From: Takakia lepidozioides
Taxonomy: Eukaryota; Plantae; Bryophyta
Length of the DNA stretch: 8,843 nt
Direction of reading: 5' to 3'
NCBI GenBank assembly: GCA_030704615.1
Contig: JAKLZA010000310.1
Coordinates: forward strand, 1 to 8,843
Shown here: positions 1 to 7,802 of the stretch, piece after piece
Position numbering within the stretch: the first letter of the stretch is position 1
Layout: the number at the start of each line of letters is the position of its first letter
The notes under the pieces: model-generated
Told to the model about the DNA's origin: nothing
Database searches by the model: none
The model's input: the letters and a program-made list of their open reading frames with translations, nothing else
Position numbers and translations under genes: made by a program

Positions 1-45
1 ATGAGCGGGAGAGGCCAAAACTGGCGTGTGGACAAAGGAAATTTT

Positions 46-198
46 GGAAATGCGGCACCGCATTCCAATTCAGATTACTTTTTACTATGCCAACATTGAA
101 ATGGAAAATTTAGTCCCTCCCTGTTTTGGAAATGCGGTGCCGCATTTCCAAAAGAGGTTCTTAGAGTTGCCAAATTTTGGAAATGCGGTGCCCCATTC
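46..198. repeat. Cluster of three copies of the same palindrome with TTTTGG/CCAAAA flanks
   Basis: 46-66 GGAAATGCGGCACCGCATTCC; 124-153 TTTTGGAAATGCGGTGCCGCATTTCCAAAA (14-bp arms); 179-198 GGAAATGCGGTGCCCCATTC. Confidence 0.93.
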
Positions 199-337
199 TG
201 ATTTTGGGAGCGTCGTGGTTTGGGCGATTGTGTGGCTGGAATGCACACTGGAGAGGGGTCACGAATGTCGGGCAGAATTTCCTTATATACTCTGGAAGAG
301 AATTTACATTTACAGAGACTTCATTCATAAAATTCTA

Positions 338-797
338 TTAATCTTGAAAATCATCCGAATCCTCATCCTGTTCTAGACTGTCCTGCTCCTCCTCCACCCC
401 CTCAGTGCCTCTCTCATCTCCAGCGGACTGCTCGTTGGCCAGGCTTTCGAAAATCCCATCTTCCCCTTGCGGAACTGTCCATCTCACCTCCGTTGGGTCG
501 TCTTCCTCCCTGTCTGCGTCGCTCTCATCCGCTGAATCACATATGTACTTTCGTACCCGTCTACCTGTCTGAGCTGCTGCCAACTCTTTCCTTATCCTTC
601 TGTCCTCCCTAGCCCTCTCCAAAATCTGCTCTACTTTACTGGGATTCTCACTTCTTCTAATCGCTGTATTTGCGAGTTTAGCTGCATAACTAGGAAGGGA
701 GTAGTCCCTCACCGGGCTCGTCATGAAATCGGCCCTCGCAAAGAACGGGACATTCTTCCTGGCAGGAAGTGTAGGCCCTACATGTTTCGACCGGACC
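338..797 (-). CDS. Probable terminal exon with a basic/coiled-coil segment and a strongly acidic tail
   Basis: A GA|GTGAGT donor at 910 and a TTGCAG acceptor at 803-798 join in frame to ORF 338..910 (ILERAREDRRIRKEL...YICDSADESDADREEDD...DEDSDDFQD*). An AT-rich 3'UTR-like stretch follows (~280-337). Alternatively the gene stops at the TGA at 909-907. Confidence 0.5.
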
Positions 798-910
798 CTG
801 CAATCCTGCACATGACAATCATCAACGAGACTAATGAGAACCACAGTCGGGAAATTCGTTTGACATAAATGACCCAGAAGGCTTTGCAAACTTACAATGT
901 TTGCACTCAC

Positions 911-1916
911 TCGTATTCCGGGTTCTCCTCCGCATCAATGTCCACTGTGTCTTCCTCGGACTCCGACGAATCCGAGGAGACTTCCGCTCTGTCGGGAGCC
1001 TTCACATTCCGTTGCAGCCCCTCCAGATGGGATCCCCACACGGATGAATCCTCCTCGTAGGCAAAGAGGTGCCGGTCGGAAAACCGCCCAGCCCACATTG
1101 AGGCACCTGTTACAATGCCATCCACACTTACCACATGGCGCTTCAGATGTTGCGAACTACATCCTAACGAGAATTTGCAGAACAGCAGAGATCAAGATTC
1201 TGCATACCTGTCCCACAGATGAGGTCCAGCACTGTGCCCTCCACGTCTGTGCATGTCTCCATAATTGTCTGAATGAAGGCAGGGCTCCGAGTCCGTGAGT
1301 ACCGCAGGGGTTCCGTTGAAGTGAGGGCTATGAGGGAGAAGTTCCTTGGGAACGTTGTTGAACAGAACGTCGTAATCGAGTGGTCGCAGTTCGGGTCAAC
1401 CTTTCCTCCCTCCTTCCGGAAAGCAAAGGTGGAGTTCTCCTTCACAAAGCAGTATGCATCGAACTGCTTCGTCTGCATACACAGGGGGAAAACGATTAGA
1501 AACCGAATGCGGCACCGCATTTGAAAACACCCAAGCAAATGAATGGACGAGTGCCAGTGTCGTAATCACCTTCTTCCCTTCCGACCGAAGGCCCAGTGTG
1601 TTGATGCACGTCCACTTCTTTTTCAGAATCGGACGGCGCTCTTGCGGGTCCACTTCGCAATTCCTGTCTGAGTGTTTTTTCCTCTGCTCGCCAGGACAAC
1701 CACACAGCCTCTGTCGTCCAACACCATGCGGGCAAGCCCGAATCCTTTCTTCCAAAAGTCCTCCGAGTACCTGTTCCAAGATGGCAAAGCTTGCAGTCCT
1801 TCCACAGGCTCTCCGTCCGGAATATCCAAGATGATCATATCGCAAGACCACTCGGTGGCATTTCCGCCCCTCCTACAATCCTTGTCTGCACACACCCTCT
1901 CAAAGAACGAGACCAT
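911..1916 (-). CDS. DNA amino-methyltransferase-like domain (N6_N4_Mtase, beta-class motif order), spread over three exons
   Basis: A motif IV-like CDMIILDIPDG (DIPD at 1826-1815) is followed by LDDRGCVVV and KWTCIN. Then comes RSPAFIQTIMETCTDVEGTVLDLICGTG (motif X-I, to 1208), spliced over intron 1207-1107 to ASMWAGRFSDRHLFAYEED. This resembles the canonical KP..L...LI...T..GD.VLDPF.GSGTT..AA...GR...G.E.D pattern. Motif IV before motif I defines the beta class. Confidence 0.75.
1107..1207 (-). other. Spliceosomal intron (101 bp, phase 1) splitting MTase motif I
   Basis: CAG|GTATGC...TAACAG|GT; removal restores CGTG-ASMWA. Confidence 0.85.
1473..1569 (-). other. Spliceosomal intron (97 bp, phase 0)
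   Basis: AAG|GTGATT...CTAAT (branch point)..TTTTCCCCCTGTGTATGCAG; in-frame join. Confidence 0.8.
1506..1521. repeat. Solo palindrome AATGCGGCACCGCATT inside intron 1569-1473
   Basis: Direct sequence match to the array core. Confidence 0.9.
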
Positions 1917-2686
1917 ATCTGAAATCCTGGGGTGTCGGAAGGCTCTTCGGCAGTCGCCTTCTTCAGTGCTCTGCCCTTCAGACCCTCCATGGTCTTCATG
2001 TATGCCAACTTGGCTGCCCGTCCATCCAAAGCCGCCAAGAAACTCTCATTTACACACTGGACTACTGTTTCGGGAGCCACTTTCGGCCTCTTCATTTCCA
2101 CCGGCTCGAAAGGGTGCCCCCCTGGGGGTTGAAGAGTGCCTTCTTTGCCGAGCCAGTTCTCGTGCCTCTCGTGACAACGGTGGGCACAGGGGAGGCAGCC
2201 TGCGTTTGGGGGGGTGGGCTGGTTGCAAAGTCTCCATCGGAGTCCTCTTCCTCACCCTCTTCCTGAACAGGCTGTTTCTGCTTCTTCGTTTTGGCGGGTG
2301 TCACAACAGCTGCTCCTTGCTGGCGAGTCCTCTTCTTCGACCCCTTCTGTTGGGCCTGCACAGCTGCATCCACCGTCTTTTGTGCCATCTCAGCTGCCTT
2401 TCTGGATTCTTCCAGAGCAGCAGATTCCTTTGCCGACTTTGGCCCAGCAGGGACACGTCTTTCCTTTCTCTTCTCTTCTGCCAAGGCGTGCAGATCTTTC
2501 TCAGACTCGTCAACAATACCGCCAGACATGTCCAGGTACCACGGGCATCCAACGAGATGCGCGGGATGCCATTGTTTCTGCATCTCGGGTGTGTAGACAC
2601 AGCTTGGGCCCGCCACGGTCCAAGCCATGAAGAACGGGGGCTCTTGAGCCAGGGCCCCTGTCTGAAGGAGCACGTATTTCATATAC

Positions 2687-2833
2687 CTGCAAGGCAGTCA
2701 GCATGCGTGAGCAAAAGTTGAGACCAACCTACTGGCAGAGTGCCACCGAAAACATAAAATGCGAATGCGGTGCCGCATTTCCGAGACAAACCGTCGTAAC
2801 CAGGCTTCGCATACAAGGGCAGCTGTGCTTCAC
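2687..2833 (-). other. Spliceosomal intron (147 bp, phase 2)
   Basis: AG|GTGAAG...CTGAC (branch point) TGCCTTGCAG|G; removal joins ORF 2830..3273 to ORF 2092..2682 in frame. Confidence 0.85.
2764..2783. repeat. Solo palindrome AATGCGGTGCCGCATTTCCG inside intron 2833-2687
   Basis: Direct sequence match. It is preceded by AAAATGCG, as is the first array copy near 5890. Confidence 0.9.
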
Positions 2834-3051
2834 CTGTAAACAATTCGCATTGCAGCTTTCCCCGCTCCCTCCTGATGTGTAAACTCCACGCTCCTTCTTG
2901 CTGTCTGTAGCTCTCTGGCGAAAAGGTTGTCCTTGTACGCACATCTGAAACGTGTCACGTAGTCTTCCAATGTCTGTGTTCCATCCCATTTGACGTACAA
3001 GCCGAACGAATTTGTGTGCATTACGACTTGCTCCTTCGCATTCGACATTAC

Positions 3052-3135
3052 CTGCATTCCCAAATGCATTGTCACGTAGCAGTTCAGGGAATTCATGTCA
3101 GAAAAGCAAATCTGGGAAGTAGTACCTTGAATTAC
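3052..3135 (-). other. Probable intron (84 bp, in frame, no stop)
   Basis: CAG|GTAATT...AATGCAG|G. It could also be read through. Confidence 0.55.
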
Positions 3136-3623
3136 CTGGAACCACCAAGTCATACGGTTGAGCCACACATCCACTGCAGGGTCGGAAACTCTGAGTGGAA
3201 AAGACCACATTGTCCTTATGCTCTCGGATGCATTCCAGATCGACAGCCACCGTGTCTGCCATTTCCGATCCAATGTCAGGAGCTGGAAGAGAGTGGCTAT
3301 TGCTAGGAAGGAACTTCAGTGCATTGAAACCTCACCTTCTCTTTCGCCTCCACACATGCCGTTGAGAGGTGATGCAGTTTCTCCAATTGCATGGTCGGCT
3401 GCATGGCCCGAGAATAGTGTTTTTGCAATCTCGGGGATGAAGTCCTTTCCAAGTGCCGGATCTGCAATTGCCACCAGCTTCACAAGCTTTGACTTGTATT
3501 TGGTTCTGGACTTGACACACCGGCTTCCTTCAAGTGCTCAGTCAATGACTGCAACGTTTTGACCTGCCCCTCACTTTCCATGAAGAAGCGTTTGGCATGG
3601 GCCAAATCCAGCTTGATGTTTGA

Positions 3624-3723
3624 CTGCCAACAAAAACATGCAGAAGCGTTACATTCGATTCATGTGGAAACATTACTGAAAATGGGGGAAGGATGAGCAG
3701 AGGGAAATTGGAGCACGACTTAC
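3624..3723 (-). other. Spliceosomal intron (100 bp)
   Basis: Consensus GTAAGT donor and T-rich ...TTTTTGTTGGCAG acceptor. Confidence 0.75.
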
Positions 3724-3912
3724 TTCGTATATCACCTCCACCATTCCATCCATAGTGAGACGATACCATGTCCGGTCTGTTTTGCAACGGCTTTCTGAAT
3801 GAGCTCCGGCTCCAGCATTTCCGCAAACATCTGCGGATCAGTGAGACCAGTTTTCCTCACCCTGTACAGCATATGTGCCATGTGGGTATGCACGTACGCA
3901 TTCTCAGTGACC

Positions 3913-4024
3913 CTGCAAGGCACACTCTCCAGTTCAGTACACGGAAGCACGGAATCAAACCAGAATGGAAACCGAAATGCGGCACCGCATTTCGAACGTG
4001 CTAGGGAGGGTATGAGTATCTTAC
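3913..4024 (-). other. Spliceosomal intron (112 bp, phase 2)
   Basis: GTAAGA...CCTTGCAG; removal joins ORF 4021..4944 to ORF 3732..4046 in frame. Confidence 0.85.
3973..3994. repeat. Solo palindrome CGAAATGCGGCACCGCATTTCG inside intron 4024-3913
   Basis: Direct sequence match with 10-bp arms. Confidence 0.9.
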
Positions 4025-4944
4025 GAGTTGAGGTCCGCCATGGCATTCTTGAGCAGGGAGGAGTCTGCCGCCTTCACCTTGAGGATGACACACTCCACCA
4101 TGTAATGCCAGCCAATGTGCTTGGCATGGTTCTGCTTGATGTACTCCCACCAGGCGAGAAGTCGGTGATTCCCGTCCCACACAAAGAACATTTTACCCGA
4201 CATATGGCCGAAGTCGGGATCACCCTTCAGCGTCGCCTCGAATTCGTGGTTGCGAGTGTGCCAGTGGGTATCCCACGTTGACAATTCATCGGCAGTGGGT
4301 CCACGGGTTTCGCCGTCCTCATTCTCAATGGAAACGTAAAACGCTGCCGATCCCAGACGGTACCCTTCTCGAAATGCGAACTTGAGCTTATCCACATCTC
4401 CGGGAAGGGCCTGCCTGACGATGGGAAGGGAGACCATGCGACAGAGTGGGATTCGAAGAGTCCGCTGGAATACCCTGCTGCCCAGAACTCTGCCAATGCT
4501 ACTGTGTGTCTCCTCCAACATTTTATCCGCTGCACTTTTGAAATCCTCCGGAGACATGTCTGTAGGTGCCGGTAGTGGCTGAGCAGCTGGAGCATCCTCA
4601 ACTGGAGCTGCACTCTGGGGCCTGTCTGCGGGCAATTCTGCCATTGCAGAGGCCTCCTCCGGGCCTGCTTGCTCATCGGTGGTGAGGTCTTGCTGCGAAC
4701 GTTGAGCGGCAGCACCCTCCTCCGGTACCAAATCGAGATCAACGGTCGATCCCATTGCCTTCGCTGCAGCAGAGTCGGCCCCAACATCTGCAGGCGGGAA
4801 ATCCTCCAGGAACTGAGCTTCAGCTCGTGGAAGCGGTTTTGCGGGAGATTGTTCGCCCGTCGCCCTGATTGCCTTCTGCTTCCTCATCCTTGCAGGTGAA
4901 GGTGTCTGCTGCAATTGAATCTGTCTTCTACCCTGCTGCTTCAT
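4025..4944 (-). CDS. Exon segment with a low-complexity A/P/E-rich stretch followed by a ParB/Sulfiredoxin-like domain (~4470-4025)
   Basis: ORF 4021..4944 contains TLRIPLCRM..VRQAL..DVDKLK..F..GY and FFVWDGNHRLLAW (DGNHRLLA at 4176-4153), which matches the ParB/Srx hhDGxHRxxA signature. It ends at a TC|GTAAGA donor at 4024. Confidence 0.75.
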
Positions 4945-5890
4945 TCGCGTTGGGGGGGGGTGAATCGGCCTGAGCCGGTTCAGAAGCCAGTAGAGGGACG
5001 GGCTGCTTCTTCTTCGACTTTGCTGGAGAAGGGCCCGACCCCTGCTGGATTCTCCATGATCGAAGAACGCGAGTCGATCTCTGGGACTTTGAACTTGCCC
5101 TTCGAAGACGCGTCTTTGAATCGCAGAGGGCTAGGCCCGGCAGGAATACCCGCGCTCGGGGATCGGGTGGGTGTACGTGCTGCAGCTAGCTCCTCGGACT
5201 CTTCCTGCGGCTCTTCGGATTCCTGCGATCCCTCCAGCACGTCCACCTTTCCTGTTAGGCATGCAAACATGTTCTGCATTCAAGTCTCTAGCATTCAGTC
5301 TAAGAATTACAGAAGCAAAATGGGGGGTTCGGTGCTCGATCAGCTGCGCGCAGCCCGATCGCATGGAGCTCTCACTGGTGGCTGGGTTGCCTGAGTGGCC
5401 TGCTGCTCGGAGATGGCAATCTCCTCCTGTAGACGCATCTGCTTCCTCCCCTTCGGCATTGGCCTACGTCCGAAGTATAATTTCCAGAGCTTGCGACGAG
5501 GTCTCCTATCTGGTGCACGAACTCCCCCCCTCTCAGGTTCGAGCATAAGAAGAACAGAGAGAGGGAAAAGGGGCAAAGAGTGCAGATGGAAAGGGCGCGA
5601 GAGGGGTGACTGAGGAGACACGACAAAGTAGATGAAACGGCGGTGATGCACCACTTGGGTTCGAAAGGGTTGGACGAAAGTGTCTCCTCGTGGAGTTTGC
5701 GTCATTACGAAATTCGAATCGTTCAGGGTACGCCTGCCGTCCGAAAAACATACATCATTATCCAACGGTCAGGCCGCGCCGCCTCATGCCCCTTCAGTCA
5801 GATAGAGTGCCGACATGTGCAGCAATTCCGTTGCTCCACGTGTTCACATTTCAAGGTATTTCCGTCCCAGCGTCTGATGAGTTGGAGCGA

Positions 5891-7385
5891 AAATGCGAAT
5901 GCGGCGCCGCATTTCCGTTAAGTACCATCACGAAGCTACACATCCGTACTTGTTGGAGGAAAATGCGGCACCGCATTTCCGTTCCACCTTCAGATACCTT
6001 AGTTGTTGAACGGAAATACGGTGCCGCATTTCCGTCCCACAGCTCCATGTATGAGATTCAAAAGGGAAATGCGGCGCCGCATTTCCGTTCTGGAATGTCG
6101 AAAGGTGTGCGATTGGGAACGGGAATGAGGCAAACATTTCAGTTCCGTGGGTTCATGATTTCAATGTGAACGGAATGCGGTACCGCATTTCCGTTCCCAC
6201 TTCACATACGTAGTTGATGAATGAAATGCCGTGCCACATTTCCGTTCGGGAAAGTATAGAGGTCTCAACTGGACAGAAATGCGGTGCCGCATTTCCGGTC
6301 TGGAAAGTTGAAGGTCTCACATGGATGGAAATGCGGCAACACATTTCCGTTTAGCACAGCTCCATGCCTCACATACAAAACGGAAATGCGGCGCCGCATT
6401 TCCGTTTTGGAATGTCGGAAGGTGCGACTCCGACGGAAATGCGGTACCGCATTTCATTCCGATGTTTCAGGATATTTCATCAGAACGGAAATGCGGTGCC
6501 GCATTTCCCTTTTGAATCTAATACATTCCGTTCTGGAATGTTGGGAGGTGCGACTCGGATGGAAATGCGCTGCCGCATTTCAGTTCCGATGGTTCACGAT
6601 TTTCAGTCAGAACGGAAATGCGGTACCGCATTTCCGTCTGGAATGATGGTAGGTGCGACTCGGATGGAAATACGGTGCCGCATTTCAGTTCGATGGTTCA
6701 CGATTTTCAGTCAGAACGGAAATGCGGTGCCGCATTTCCGTTCTGGATAATGTATGATTGTCTCAAGCGGTCGGAATTGCGCTGTTTGAAGGTGTCGGAA
6801 TCGCACTCGGCTCCATGCATCAGATACAAAATGGAAATGCGGCGCCGCATTTCCTTCTGGAATGTCGAAAAGTGCGACTCGGACGGAAATGCGGTGCCGC
6901 ATTTCTGTTCCCGTTGTTCATAATTCTCAATCAGAACGGAAATGCGGTACCGCATTTCCGTTCCACCTTCACATACCATGCTTGTTGAATGAAAATGCGG
7001 TACCGCATTTCCGTTCTGGAGAGTATGAATGTCTTTTAAGGACGGAAATGTGCTGCAACATTTCTATCCCTCAGCTCCATGCATCAGATACAAAATGGAA
7101 ATGCGGCGCCGCATTTCCGTTCTGAAATGTCGGAAAAGTGCGACTCGGACGGAAATGCGGTGCCGCATTTCTGTTCCCGTTGTTCATAAATCTCAATCAG
7201 AACGGAAATGCGGTACCGCATTTCCGTTCCACCTTTACATACCGTGCTTGCTGGATGGAAATGCGTTACCGCATTTCCGTTCTGGAGAGTATAAAGGTTT
7301 CCCCCGGACGGAAACTCGGTGCCGCATTTCCGTCGCTCTGGTGCATGACCAAGATGCAATACGGAAATGCGGCGCCGTATTTCCG
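5891..7385. repeat. Array of ~27 palindromes CGGAAATGCGG-YR-CCGCATTTCCG with ~53-bp period and ~265-bp higher-order repeat
   Basis: Palindrome centres counted at 5905, 5969, 6022, 6075, 6131*, 6181, 6232*, 6285, 6337*, 6392, 6445, 6497, 6571, 6624, 6676, 6728, 6843, 6895, 6948, 7001, 7054*, 7107, 7161, 7214, 7267, 7320, 7373 (* = degenerate). Confidence 0.97.
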
Positions 7386-7802
7386 TCCACCAGCAATCGA
7401 AGAATCACTCGGGACGGGAAATCTGGAACCTGAATGGGTTGCATTGTTCCGAAACAACACAATTGCGGCCAGTCTTGATGAGTTGTCTGACCGTTTTAAC
7501 CAGCAGTCCTGGCACTTGTCAGTGCGAACGTTCCTGTCTGCACCGAGAATACTGCTGGATCCACCCTCAGGAGAAACTGTCAGGAGATGTTATTTCGTCG
7601 CCGAATCGGCCATCATTGTCATACTCACTGGCTATGGAATCAAACCTCCCACCTTCATGCATGTAGCTTGAAACAATACTTTCCACTTCAATGTGCGACT
7701 TCCAATCGTCGATGGACTCCGCAGATCCACTTAGATGGTGCCTGTGAGCCTTGGTCTGTCGCTATACTGAACCTCGCACTTGCCAACTCCGTGCGGTGTT
7801 CG

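Larger units (their letters stand above)
338..5459 (-). pseudogene. Multi-exon gene encoding a ParB/Srx-like domain fused to a beta-class N4C/N6A DNA methyltransferase-like domain; frameshifted as sequenced
   Basis: The minus-strand ORF fragments join through canonical GT-AG introns. Inferred exons (minus strand): ~5459-5376 (tentative), ~5273-4025, 3912-3724, 3623-3336, ~3282-3136, 3051-2834, 2686-1570, 1472-1208, 1106-911, 797-338 (tentative). Phase-compatible joins give DLNS^VTENAYV, IVYR^YMKYV, EGKK^TKQF and CGTG^ASMW. About 7-9 frameshifts are needed inside exons. The 5' exons and start codon are uncertain. Confidence 0.75.

Noticed and set aside
124-153. Rho-independent terminator or bacterial REP element
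   Set aside because: The hairpin is a copy of the element-wide palindrome, and the locus has spliceosomal introns.
1672-2721. 349-aa plus-strand ORF, the longest in the track
   Set aside because: It is the antisense shadow of the K/E/A-rich minus-strand exon, L/S-rich with no recognisable motif.
1858-3823. Half-sites GCATTTCCG in exons (1858-1866, 3815-3823)
   Set aside because: They are only 9-bp half matches lacking the full CCGCAT core, and cannot be separated from chance without statistics.
5891-7385. CRISPR array (palindromic ~24-bp repeats with ~29-bp spacers)
   Set aside because: Spacers are not unique (five recurring classes), the repeat also occurs singly in introns, no cas genes are visible, and the context is eukaryotic.
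5643-7462. Many ORFs with GNAVPHF / EMRCRIS / RKCGAAF motifs
   Set aside because: They are translations of the palindrome in all frames on both strands, so they are repeat artefacts.
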